Positions 23,999 to 32,299 of a stretch of DNA of 32,876 nucleotides are shown here, in pieces. Position 1 is the stretch's first letter; each line of letters starts with the position of its first letter. The stretch is from positions 1-32,876 of the IMG/VR virus record IMGVR_UViG_3300047163_000032; one strand, 5' to 3'. A program made the position numbers and the translations under genes. This DNA comes from a virus (Duplodnaviria > Heunggongvirae > Uroviricota > Caudoviricetes). The notes beneath the pieces are model-generated. The model was given only the letters and a program-made list of their open reading frames with translations, was not told the origin of the DNA and did not search any database.

Positions 23999-24028
23999 TT
24001 GACAACCGTACAAGCAAAGGCGCATATT
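23999..24028 (+). promoter_or_regulatory. Sigma70-type promoter
   Basis: TTGACA-18 nt-CATATT, followed by a GGAGG RBS and ATG at 24053. Confidence 0.55.
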
Positions 24029-24052
24029 TTCGCCAGTATCGCGGAGGGTTTT

Positions 24053-24283
24053 ATGTACTTTGACCAGAATTTCGAGTTTAGGGACGGCAAACCGGTAAAT
24101 GTTCGGCTCGCCGAGATGTGGGACAGCCAACCGCGTATCCACGTTGACGACGACCAAGATGCGCAAATGCGCTCCCGCATGAATGCCGTCGTGTGGATGC
24201 TTGCCTGTTTAGCCTTTGAGGTCTTAGGCGGAATTGTTGCAGCCGCCTATTACTTCGTTGTGCGTTATGGTGGCAAACCGTGA
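24053..24283 (+). CDS. Small membrane protein
   Basis: GGAGG RBS; C-terminal hydrophobic helix. Confidence 0.6.
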   Translation: MYFDQNFEFRDGKPVNVRLAEMWDSQPRIHVDDDQDAQMRSRMNAVVWMLACLAFEVLGGIVAAAYYFVVRYGGKP

Positions 24284-24507
24284 TTGACATTTTCGACGCT
24301 CACGACTTTGTACAGGCAAACTCTCACAAGCGCCTGAAGATCGAGCCGCACGGAGAACAGTTTGATTTGTTTACCAGCCAGACCGAGCAATGCTACAAAG
24401 TGACAGGCCCGCAGGGTAGTATCCTGCTAACCTACTCACAAGTAAAGCATTTAGGGTTACTTGGATTGATCGAGAGATCGAACCAAGCCAGTCTTTTTGA
24501 CTGTTAG
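24280..24507 (+). CDS. Hypothetical protein
   Basis: GTGA coupling. Confidence 0.45.
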   Translation: MIDIFDAHDFVQANSHKRLKIEPHGEQFDLFTSQTEQCYKVTGPQGSILLTYSQVKHLGLLGLIERSNQASLFDC

Positions 24508-24526
24508 CCCTAGACCGTGGTAGATT
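24497..24526 (+). promoter_or_regulatory. Sigma70-type promoter with extended -10
   Basis: TTGACT-18 nt-TAGATT with TG at the extended position (TGGTAGATT), upstream of DUF932. Confidence 0.65.
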
Positions 24527-24575
24527 CAAAACATCGCCAGACCAGCGATAATCACCAGAGAGGAAACAAAACACC

Positions 24576-25472
24576 ATGAACATGCACAACTTCACCCGTG
24601 GAGCAGCAGCCAATCCCGGCGTAACCGCACGTTTGAGCAATGGCCTTGACCTTGACGCTTTGCGCGTTCGCGTCCCGTCCGCGTTTGCCGTCGAACCCCA
24701 CCACAGCCGCTCAGCCCGGTACGCCTACATCCCGACCGTGGAAGTCATCACGGCGATGATGGAGGAAGGATTCAAGCCTTTTGAGGCAAAGCAGAGCAAG
24801 ACTCGCCTTGCCGACAAACAGGACTTTACCAAGCACATGATTCGGTTTCGCCACCCCGATGCCGCCCGCGAGATCAAGGTTGGCGACTCCATCCCCGAGA
24901 TCGTCCTTATCAACTCCCACGACGGCAGCAGCGCCTATAAGCTGATGGCCGGACTGTTTCGTTTGGTTTGCTCCAACGGTTTGATCGTAGCCGACGGCAC
25001 CATCAACGAGATCAACGTGCAGCACAAGGGCAACATTGCCCACAACGTGATCGAGGGCAGTTTCAAAATCGTTGAGGAAGCCCCGAAGGCGTTGGAGCAG
25101 GTCAACCGCTGGAGTGGCCTGCAACTCACAGACGGAAAGCGCCAAGCGTTCGGAGAAGCCGCCCGCGTCATCCGGTTTGGAGACTCCGAAGGCAACGTCA
25201 AGACGACCATCACCGCTCAGCAGTTGCTCGCGCCCCGCCGGTACGAGGACAAGGAACCCACGCTTTGGAAAACCACGAACGTCCTGCAAGAGAACATCAT
25301 GAAGGGCGGAATCACAGGCCGCCGCCAGTGGCAGACCAACGAGAAGACTGGACGCCGAGAACTGAGCCGCGCCAGCGGCATGAAGGCAGTGAACGGGATC
25401 GACGCTGATGCGAAACTTAATAAGGCCCTTTGGGCTTTGGCCGAGCGCATGGCCGAACTGAAGGCCGCTTAG
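24576..25472 (+). CDS. DUF932/DUF945 family protein
   Basis: SRSARYAYIPT.EVI..M.EEGF.PFEAKQS...FTKHMIRFR, EIVLINSHDGSSAYKLMAGLFRLVCSNGL, LWKTTNVLQEN, LNKALWALAE. Confidence 0.88.
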   Translation: MNMHNFTRGAAANPGVTARLSNGLDLDALRVRVPSAFAVEPHHSRSARYAYIPTVEVITAMMEEGFKPFEAKQSKTRLADKQDFTKHMIRFRHPDAAREIKVGDSIPEIVLINSHDGSSAYKLMAGLFRLVCSNGLIVADGTINEINVQHKGNIAHNVIEGSFKIVEEAPKALEQVNRWSGLQLTDGKRQAFGEAARVIRFGDSEGNVKTTITAQQLLAPRRYEDKEPTLWKTTNVLQENIMKGGITGRRQWQTNEKTGRRELSRASGMKAVNGIDADAKLNKALWALAERMAELKAA

Positions 25473-25588
25473 CAGAGCACACGCGGGAGAAGCCGCCCGC
25501 GTGGAATGCGGCAGGGAACGTTGCAAGCCCGATCCCAAATCGAACCGCATTCGGAAGGCCCGACCAGCCGACCGCACCGAGGAAGAGC

Positions 25589-25762
25589 ATGAAACCAACT
25601 TACAAAAACCAGCTTATCGAGGCTCGTCGATTGCTAGACGAGAAGGGAATTCAAGCCGTTTACAATCCCCACGCGATGATCGGCAAGACTTGCGGATGCG
25701 GAACATGCTTTTGCTGTGCCGCTCTGCAAGTTTACAGAGAGAACATCGGGACAACCCTCTAG
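25589..25762 (+). CDS. Small Cys-rich protein (57 aa)
   Basis: GAGGAA RBS; H...CGCGTCFCCAA. Confidence 0.6.
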   Translation: MKPTYKNQLIEARRLLDEKGIQAVYNPHAMIGKTCGCGTCFCCAALQVYRENIGTTL

Positions 25763-25765
25763 CCC

Positions 25766-25780
25766 GTCCGACTATCGGAC
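25766..25780. repeat. 15-bp palindromic site, copy 6
   Basis: GTCCGACTATCGGAC, intergenic. Confidence 0.85.
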
Positions 25781-25797
25781 AGAAAGCAGACCCAGCC

Positions 25798-26247
25798 ATG
25801 ACCGTGTGGATTGACATCCCAACCGCCGCCAGCATTGCCGATCCGCAAGCCGCTTGGATCAATGCCGGTAAGTTCGACAACCTAACAGACGCTTTGAGCT
25901 TCGCGCAGGAACACTTCGGAGCGGACGACCAAGGGAGAATCGGACTAATCAGTCCGAGTAGCGACGAGCTACCCAAACCCGAAAAGTTCACCGTCTGGAC
26001 ACTCGCCAGCGACGATGAACACGGCACCAGGGCAGCGGTTTTCACAACCGAGTACGAAGCATACGCAGCGATGTACTTCGCCGCATTCCAAGGCGAAGAC
26101 GAAAGCCTTGCAGATGCCTGCGCACTGCAAGCGTTGACCGAAGCCAAGAAAACCGGCGATTACAGCGAGTTTCTTGAGCAGGTCGAAAGATGGCTGCAAG
26201 GCAGCGGCGACACCTACAGCGTGGACTCTCACGAAATCACGCTGTAA
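25798..26247 (+). CDS. Acidic hypothetical protein
   Basis: ATG at 25798; D/E-rich. Confidence 0.6.
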   Translation: MTVWIDIPTAASIADPQAAWINAGKFDNLTDALSFAQEHFGADDQGRIGLISPSSDELPKPEKFTVWTLASDDEHGTRAAVFTTEYEAYAAMYFAAFQGEDESLADACALQALTEAKKTGDYSEFLEQVERWLQGSGDTYSVDSHEITL

Positions 26248-26416
26248 TGCCCCTAGAACCGTTTCAGGGTACTTGACCACCACCCAACCACCAAACAGCG
26301 CACACGGAGGCACCAGCAATGATTAAACTCAACCGTAGAGAAGACCCGAAGCGTAGCGCCGAGCGCAGAGTTCGCACCCTGACCCTGAGAGCCGCCCGGA
26401 GAGAGAAGGCGACCCG

Positions 26417-27130
26417 ATGACGTATACCGAGCACTCATACAACCTCAGCCGACTCCGCGCCCGTCTGGAGAACTACAAAAAGCAGACGTGGCACACACTC
26501 CGCGAAGCAGTTCACAGCCGTTACGCCGAGATCCACGGCGGAAGCTGGGAATCTATCGCCGACATGGCCAAGTACTCCAGCCCATCAGACCGAGCGTTTT
26601 ACGTTGACAACTTTGGCGGATTCCGCATAGTGGGAGACTCCGGAGAGGTGAATACGCGCCAAGGTCATAATGGATGGTATTGCGATATCTGGCAGGAGGA
26701 GACGGTTACTGGAGTAGTTTTGCAGATGCCCGCCAGGAACGGAGAACCGCGATATTTCCCCGCCGTCAAATGGAGCGACAGGGAAGGCGTTACCCTGTAC
26801 CCGCTGGACATCTACGACAACAAGGAAGACGCAGCCCGCGCCGCCGATCATATCGCCGAGCGCATCGGCGAAGAAGAACGAGAATATAGCCTCAAAGACA
26901 GAGCCGAGCAGGACATCGAAGACGCCCGCGAAGAGATCAAAGCCGCCAGGGAAGAACGCCGCGCCTTAGTGGCCGAGATGAAGCAGCAGGACAGAAACGC
27001 CGCCCGCCCTGCTATTTGCGCCGCATTGAGAAAGCAACTAGCAGACCTAAAGAGGCAGAGCCGGAAGGCATGGAAGCTAATTCAGGAGCGGACGGAGAAT
27101 CCTTACACCGCAGACCCGAGTTATCGATGA
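26417..27130 (+). CDS. Hypothetical protein with C-terminal coiled coil
   Basis: 237 aa coherent ORF. Confidence 0.7.
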   Translation: MTYTEHSYNLSRLRARLENYKKQTWHTLREAVHSRYAEIHGGSWESIADMAKYSSPSDRAFYVDNFGGFRIVGDSGEVNTRQGHNGWYCDIWQEETVTGVVLQMPARNGEPRYFPAVKWSDREGVTLYPLDIYDNKEDAARAADHIAERIGEEEREYSLKDRAEQDIEDAREEIKAAREERRALVAEMKQQDRNAARPAICAALRKQLADLKRQSRKAWKLIQERTENPYTADPSYR

Positions 27131-27222
27131 AAGGCCCGCTCCGCACCCGAATCGGAACCGCTGTATTTTGGGTAATCTATTTGCTACTGCAAGCAGTAGC
27201 CGGATTACTCCAGCACCGCTAA
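27127..27222 (+). CDS. Tiny membrane peptide
   Basis: ATGA overlap; IGTAVFWVIYLLLQAVAGLL. Confidence 0.4.
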   Translation: MKGPLRTRIGTAVFWVIYLLLQAVAGLLQHR

Positions 27223-27250
27223 CCCGCAACCGACCGAGGAAAACTACCCC

Positions 27251-27532
27251 ATGACAAGCACACTAGACCACCAGCCAATCACGGAAACGGTTATCCGATC
27301 CATTCGCCCGACGCGCACCGGAAACAGCATCTTTATCCCACTCCCCCCGGAATTGTGGCGGAAGTGCAATGGATGTGATTGTCCGACATGTAAGAGCGAT
27401 GGGACAGGAGGATATTGGGATACGCTCGCCGTCGAATCGAAGCCCGGCGCCGACCGATCAAAGGATATGACTTGGACAGTTCATCACCCAACGTTGCACC
27501 CAGCCGCCGACCGCCGCCGCATGAAGTATTAA
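27251..27532 (+). CDS. Small Cys-containing hypothetical protein
   Basis: CCGAGGAAA RBS; CNGCDCPTC. Confidence 0.65.
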   Translation: MTSTLDHQPITETVIRSIRPTRTGNSIFIPLPPELWRKCNGCDCPTCKSDGTGGYWDTLAVESKPGADRSKDMTWTVHHPTLHPAADRRRMKY

Positions 27533-27575
27533 ACCGCAGCCACACGCAAAACAGCCAAAGAGAGAGGGAACCCAA

Positions 27576-27773
27576 ATGCAACGCAAACAAGTACTAGCCA
27601 ACCGCCGCAAGTCAGAGAACAACAACAACACAGCCCCGGCACTCCGCCCCGAAATCGCCGCCCGCGTCGATGTGTACATGGAGACGACAACCCCGGACGG
27701 AAAAAAGCAGTGCCACAAGAGCGACACGCCCGGAATCATTCGCAACACCGGACGACGCGCCCCACTTCGATAG
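27576..27773 (+). CDS. Small hypothetical protein
   Basis: GAGAGGGAA RBS. Confidence 0.45.
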   Translation: MQRKQVLANRRKSENNNNTAPALRPEIAARVDVYMETTTPDGKKQCHKSDTPGIIRNTGRRAPLR

Positions 27774-27797
27774 CCCCGATCCACCCGCAGACCTCAG

Positions 27798-27827
27798 CCC
27801 GGAGCCTCACCGCTCCGGGTTTTTTAT
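27798..27827 (+). terminator. Rho-independent terminator
   Basis: CCCGGAGC-CTCACC-GCTCCGGG followed by TTTTTTAT. Confidence 0.85.
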
Positions 27828-27832
27828 GCCCC

Positions 27833-27872
27833 AAAATAAACGTTGACATCGTACGCAGATAGATGCTTAGAT
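27833..27872 (+). promoter_or_regulatory. Probable promoter
   Basis: A-rich tract then TTGACA at 27843-27848 right after the terminator; the -10 (TTAGAT at 18 nt) is weak. Confidence 0.4.
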
Positions 27873-27914
27873 GTTTCCAGCGCTTGACCAGCGCGGAGAG
27901 AGGAAACCTAAAAA

Positions 27915-28154
27915 GTGAACCAGACCAGACAAAAGAAGATCGACGCAATAGCCGCCAAACTCGACGAGCTACGCGCCGACGTGGAAGCCCTCAAAGACGA
28001 GGAAGAGGAGTATTACGACAACCTCAGCGAGAAGGCCCAGGAGAGCGAGAAAGGCGAAGCCAGTGACCAAGCCCGCTCTTATCTCGAAGACGCTGTAAAC
28101 GGTTTAGAGGAAGTGTTAGACAACCTCCAGAGCGCTTCGGGAACCCTTGATTAG
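27915..28154 (+). CDS. Small highly acidic helical protein
   Basis: AGAGGAAA RBS; ...LKDEEEEYYDNLSEKAQESEKGEASDQARSYLEDAVNGLEE.... Confidence 0.75.
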   Translation: MNQTRQKKIDAIAAKLDELRADVEALKDEEEEYYDNLSEKAQESEKGEASDQARSYLEDAVNGLEEVLDNLQSASGTLD

Positions 28155-28227
28155 TTCCAGACCAGTGGTAAAACCCCTAACCGCTCAGGCCCGACCAGCC
28201 GAGCAGAAAACCGAGGAAAACCCAATC

Positions 28228-28470
28228 ATGGCAGCAGCCCACGTAACACAGTTTCCGACCACCACCACCGCCAAGACCCGCAACCCGCACCGTATCAGCC
28301 TCAGCCAGCTAGCCGAGAATTTCGGCTACGATGACCGCATGGAATTCCTTGAGTCGGAATGCACCGATTCAATTGTTCCGGCTTGCTGTGAATTCGAGTG
28401 CGAAGTAGAGCCGGACGGACGTTGCGAGCACGGATGCCCTAGCGCCCTACTCGCCGCAGGACTCATCTAG
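28228..28470 (+). CDS. Small acidic Cys-rich phage protein
   Basis: CCGAGGAAAA RBS; DSIVPACCEFECEVEPDGRCEHGCPSALLAAGLI. Confidence 0.7.
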   Translation: MAAAHVTQFPTTTTAKTRNPHRISLSQLAENFGYDDRMEFLESECTDSIVPACCEFECEVEPDGRCEHGCPSALLAAGLI

Positions 28471-28485
28471 TTCCGACAGTTGGGA
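28471..28485. repeat. 15-bp palindromic site, degenerate copy
   Basis: TTCCGACAGTTGGGA directly after a stop codon; 3 mismatches. Confidence 0.5.
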
Positions 28486-28520
28486 CAGCAACTCACAAGA
28501 CCAAACCCGAGGAAAAGGCA

Positions 28521-28664
28521 ATGGAACAAGTTCACACCTGCAAAGCTCACGGCCACGCCCACCGCTACACTCGCCACAATTGCGGGCACCAGTATTGCCC
28601 GCTCTACTGGATTGCTTGCCCGCGCTGCTATGGTAGCGAAGAGAACAACCGCCACGCAGCATAA
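28521..28664 (+). CDS. Small His/Cys-rich protein (47 aa)
   Basis: CCGAGGAAAA RBS; HTCKAHGHAH...CGHQYC...CPRC. Not in the ORF track. Confidence 0.6.
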   Translation: MEQVHTCKAHGHAHRYTRHNCGHQYCPLYWIACPRCYGSEENNRHAA

Positions 28665-28720
28665 ACCGCCAGCCGGGAGCGATATCCCGGCACCATCCCA
28701 AGACCGAGAGGAAAAACACC

Positions 28721-29398
28721 ATGAACTGCAAACATTGCAAGCAGCCGATCCACGTAGTGAGCGAGGAAGAACGCAGATCACTAATCTTCGCTTCCCCCTT
28801 CGAGTACAAGCACAATAACAATTATTGGGGATGCGGAGAGTTTGGTCTATTTGCCGAACCGGAGAGTTTGGAGGACAGTCTGAAGAACCCCGAAACCGCC
28901 GAGGCAGTACGCAAGGCCCAACAGGAATGGGACAACGCCGCGCACGAGCTGGCGAACGTTGCCGCCCGATTCCTTGACCAGTACAACGGAATTGAACTTT
29001 GCGCCGGACTGGGACATATCCGGGAAGACTGGAGAGAACTTCGCGAGTTGGCAGCCGAAAACCGCCGCAAGCAAGAAGCATTCCTCCGAGCACTCGCCCC
29101 GCAGTCTGCCAAACCTCAGCGCGGCAACCCGGACAACAGGCCAGAAAACCCACGCGGCAGAGATCGGAGTGTTTACCAAAATCCAGATCGGCAAAATCCG
29201 CTAGTCGAAGCCGCAGCCGAGGCAATCGCTCTGCAAGAGCCGATTGCCGTTTCGGTCGTACCTCACCCCCACCCGACCGCCGCCGACGCCTCAGAACCGA
29301 CGCCAGCGCGGCAAAATGGCGACTTGGAGAGCCTCAAGAGCATCGCTCAAGCGGATGCAGTCTTCAGCCGCCTGCTAGGCGGAAAGGAAGGACTCTGA
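28721..29398 (+). CDS. Hypothetical protein (CxxC N-terminus, Pro-rich tail)
   Basis: GAGAGGAAAAA RBS; MNCKHCKQPI. Confidence 0.65.
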   Translation: MNCKHCKQPIHVVSEEERRSLIFASPFEYKHNNNYWGCGEFGLFAEPESLEDSLKNPETAEAVRKAQQEWDNAAHELANVAARFLDQYNGIELCAGLGHIREDWRELRELAAENRRKQEAFLRALAPQSAKPQRGNPDNRPENPRGRDRSVYQNPDRQNPLVEAAAEAIALQEPIAVSVVPHPHPTAADASEPTPARQNGDLESLKSIAQADAVFSRLLGGKEGL

Positions 29399-29399
29399 C

Positions 29400-29564
29400 A
29401 TGACACGCAAAGAATGGCTTGCCACCGAAGAAGGAAGGCATATTCCCACGCGCAACCCGTTCGTGATCCTCCGGCGTTGGATAAGCGAGGACCAAGCGGA
29501 CTTCTACCCTGAGCGAACCACCGAGCCAAAAGTCTGGGAGGAACCACAGTGGCCGGTTCTCTGA
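29400..29564 (+). CDS. Small hypothetical protein (54 aa)
   Basis: AAGGAAGG RBS; follows the upstream stop. Confidence 0.45.
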   Translation: MTRKEWLATEEGRHIPTRNPFVILRRWISEDQADFYPERTTEPKVWEEPQWPVL

Positions 29565-29667
29565 AGCAACTTAACGCCAAGTTTATCCTGCTTGGCATCG
29601 TCGCCCTAATCGCCTTAGTGTCAATATGTCTGGTATGGCAGGCCGTCAGCCCGGCAGATTTTCGATA

Positions 29668-29682
29668 GTCCAACAGTCGGAC
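29668..29682. repeat. 15-bp palindromic site, copy 7
   Basis: GTCCAACAGTCGGAC; shares 19 bp with copy 4. Confidence 0.9.
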
Positions 29683-29737
29683 GACTCAGCGCCCTGCTTA
29701 AACCGCAGGGCGCTTTGCTTTGGTAGACTGGTCACCC

Positions 29738-29890
29738 ATGCCCAGAACGCCCAGACCGCAAGGCAACCAGACCGCGCCAATACTCAGCTACAAGTGCAGG
29801 AACGCCAAGCACTCCGAATGCTACGCCCGCACCTGTCTTTGCTCTTGCCACGCCGCAGAACCGTCCAAACCGAGCCAAGAGACGCGCTAG
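29738..29890 (+). CDS. Small metal-binding protein (50 aa)
   Basis: CRNAKHSECYARTCLCSCH; preceded by an extended -10 TGGTAGACT (29721-29729), so possibly near-leaderless. Confidence 0.55.
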   Translation: MPRTPRPQGNQTAPILSYKCRNAKHSECYARTCLCSCHAAEPSKPSQETR

Positions 29891-30589
29891 GAGCCTCTAG
29901 GACGCGTCGCCAGAAACCGCAAGGCACTGAGATACCCCGGAATCGCCGGAGGCACCCGCAAACCGCAAGGCAGCGTCTCCCATAAGCAACGAAAAGAACC
30001 ACATCCCCAGTTGGCCGCAGGCCCAGCGGCAGATCAGAACTTCAGCCACACCATTCACAGCCAGACGACCGCCCCCACCCGCAACCAATCCGGTTCCCCA
30101 ACTCCGTCACCCAACACAGCCAGACCGCTACCACTCGCCAGATAACCACCAGACCGCCAGATAACGCACACATCCCTGACACCGCTTCCCCAGGCTACCG
30201 ATAACTTGCGTAGGACGAACTCCAAAAAACGGCCTAAAGAGGGATCAAGGGCGTTGGGAAAACGGAGTGCCGACAATGCGGGAGAATTGGCGTAAGTATA
30301 TGTTTCTAAAGGAGATGGACGCATCCGGTAGCAGGATGGTGGGCAGAGGAGCGCAGCGACGAACCACGAGCGCCCCGGCCCCGGCCCGATGCCTTGCTCG
30401 ACCCGTACCGCGACCTTGCCTACCCGCGTCTCGCCTGTGGCGACCTACCCATGCACCCGCGACTCGCCCCTGCTCTCCGCTCTCCGCGCCTACCCCCCTG
30501 AGCCAAGGGGTGGGCATGGGGGCTCGCGGAAAGACTTGGTCCCAGCGACAGAAATATTCGGTTTTCGTTTTCGAAAAATATGGCACTGA

Positions 30590-30638
30590 GTACACCAAAT
30601 TTAGGTGTACCGCGTACCAAAAGTGTGGTACTCTGTAC
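30590..30638. promoter_or_regulatory. Tandem inverted repeats (operator-like) overlapping an extended -10
   Basis: GTACACC-7 nt-GGTGTAC and GTACCA-6 nt-TGGTAC; TGGTACTCT at 30626-30634. Confidence 0.55.
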
Positions 30639-30640
30639 CT

Positions 30641-31039
30641 GTGAGTTATAAGACGGTAGAAGCGTGTGAATGTGACGAGTGCGGGTGGATTTGGTTGCCG
30701 CAGGTGGAGAGGCCTGAAAGGTGCCCGAAGAGGACGTGCAGGAGCAAGGGTTGGAATAGTGGAGCAAAGCCAGTGGGGGAAGTGGAGAAGATTCTGGCTG
30801 AGAGTGCAATTGAGAAAAAGCCGCAACGCGGCGAAGCGGCGGGGGTAGCGAAAAGCGCTGAGCGGTTTGCGAAGCCAATTTCTCGGCCGGAGTCTGGTTC
30901 GGTTGACAGCGCCAGCCGGACACCTGAAGTCGTGAAGGTTTGCTCGTCATGCGACGAACCTCTGGCGTCAGCAAGAGGGAAATGGGCTTGCCCAAATCAG
31001 TCGTGCGGGATGTACGGAGTTGAGGTCAAACCGAAATGA
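30641..31039 (+). CDS. Double Zn-ribbon protein
   Basis: CDECGWIWLP...PERCPKRTCRSKGWN and CSSC...CPNQSC. The start is uncertain (GTG 30641 or 30605). Confidence 0.6.
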   Translation: MSYKTVEACECDECGWIWLPQVERPERCPKRTCRSKGWNSGAKPVGEVEKILAESAIEKKPQRGEAAGVAKSAERFAKPISRPESGSVDSASRTPEVVKVCSSCDEPLASARGKWACPNQSCGMYGVEVKPK

Positions 31040-31230
31040 TCCACTGCCAAGTCTGCGAAGACGAAATGGAAGACATGGAAGATCCCTGTCGGGTTGGGCT
31101 GGTTTCGGATCGGCTACCGCAGTGGTGTCACTTCACCTACGTTTGCCAGCCATGCGAGGATGCGCTGGTTGGAGTATTCGTGGAAACGGTTGAAGCGATT
31201 CGGATAAGAAATCCGAGGAGGGCGGTTTGA
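31036..31230 (+). CDS. Small CxxC protein
   Basis: ATGA coupling; CQVC...CQPC. Confidence 0.5.
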   Translation: MIHCQVCEDEMEDMEDPCRVGLVSDRLPQWCHFTYVCQPCEDALVGVFVETVEAIRIRNPRRAV

Positions 31231-31454
31231 GGATAACATCGAGGGGGAAACGTGGGTAGAGATTACAGTGAACCGAAGTCGGCAAGCGGTATGGTCATCA
31301 ATTTAGAGAAGGAACTTGCTGCGGCATACGAGAGGGTTCGTCAGGCAGAAGCGCAGACAATAATTTTGAGGCAATACATCTGGGACCACAACCTTAAAAT
31401 TGGGTTCATGCCGAAAGACGACAAGTAGTAAAGTGCGAAAACTAGGAGGACGGT

Positions 31455-31682
31455 TTGATAAAGACGGTTGAGGTGTGGTGCTGCGGAACTGCGGCAGACC
31501 ACGAAGTGGGAAACACGGATGTCACAGTCTACGCCAGTGAAGAGGATTGTCTAGCGGCGAACGAGTGCAGCCGAGTGGCTCCCGAGCTTTGCGCTCCGAG
31601 AAAACTGACGGTCACGTTTGATACCCCTGTGAGGCGACATGACCGAATCAAAGGAGTCGTTTCATTGGAAAGGGTGCGATAA
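31455..31682 (+). CDS. Small hypothetical protein
   Basis: AGGAGG RBS with TTG start. Confidence 0.5.
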   Translation: MIKTVEVWCCGTAADHEVGNTDVTVYASEEDCLAANECSRVAPELCAPRKLTVTFDTPVRRHDRIKGVVSLERVR

Positions 31683-31726
31683 GCTATGACCGAATTGGCG
31701 AAAAACAGGGAGCAACTTGTCAGGTA

Positions 31727-31906
31727 ATGCAAGCGGATCGGAAACGGGAGTCCACTCAGCGTTCCCTGCGAAAGAGAAGGGAGCGGTTTCGTTTGGCTGA
31801 CAAGTGCGCGGACTGTGGAAGTCCAGCCAAAGGATTTTTTCGGTGCCGCGATTGTCGCATGGATCAATACGACAACAAAAAGAAAACCCGGAAGGATGCC
31901 AAGTGA
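31727..31906 (+). CDS. Small basic Zn-finger protein (59 aa)
   Basis: KCADCGSP...RCRDC; not in the ORF track. Confidence 0.5.
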   Translation: MQADRKRESTQRSLRKRRERFRLADKCADCGSPAKGFFRCRDCRMDQYDNKKKTRKDAK

Positions 31907-32112
31907 ACGAGAAAGAATTCCGTCAGCAGGTCAGGGCGCTCATCGAGGCGCTCGTCTATTTGATTTGTGCAATGTCGTGCTGGGTGGTGGCAATTTTCAT
32001 TCAAGACTTAAAGGGGTTTGCGCTCTGGGTGATTGACGGAATGGTTTTCTTTGTCTTGCTGAAATTGACAATGACGCGGTTTTCGAAAGGGGTTTGGCAT
32101 GGGATACCTTGA
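31903..32112 (+). CDS. Small two-helix membrane protein
   Basis: GTGA overlap; two hydrophobic segments. Confidence 0.45.
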   Translation: MNEKEFRQQVRALIEALVYLICAMSCWVVAIFIQDLKGFALWVIDGMVFFVLLKLTMTRFSKGVWHGIP

Positions 32113-32299
32113 CAACCTTCCGGTTTTGCATCTTCGGTGTTTGGGCTGCAACAAGTTGTTCGACTGGCAGATGAGCCACTTGGTGGCGAAGGGCATCAGA
32201 ACCCCACGGATGACATGTAAAACGAAGTGCATGGCGAAGCAGGTATCCAAGTCTATGCTCGAAAAGAACAAGAGAAAGAGGGAAAATGATAACCGGTGA
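32099..32299 (+). CDS. Small Zn-binding protein
   Basis: CLGC...TCKTKC. Confidence 0.5.
   Translation: MGYLDNLPVLHLRCLGCNKLFDWQMSHLVAKGIRTPRMTCKTKCMAKQVSKSMLEKNKRKRENDNR

Noticed and set aside
23999-24052. TTG start at 23999 given by the ORF track
   Set aside because: That TTG is part of the TTGACA -35 element; ATG 24053 has a GGAGG RBS and is the better start.
27251-27532. GNSIFIPLPPEL resembles an AbrB/MazE antitoxin N-terminus
   Set aside because: The rest of the protein is a Cys cluster and no toxin gene is adjacent.
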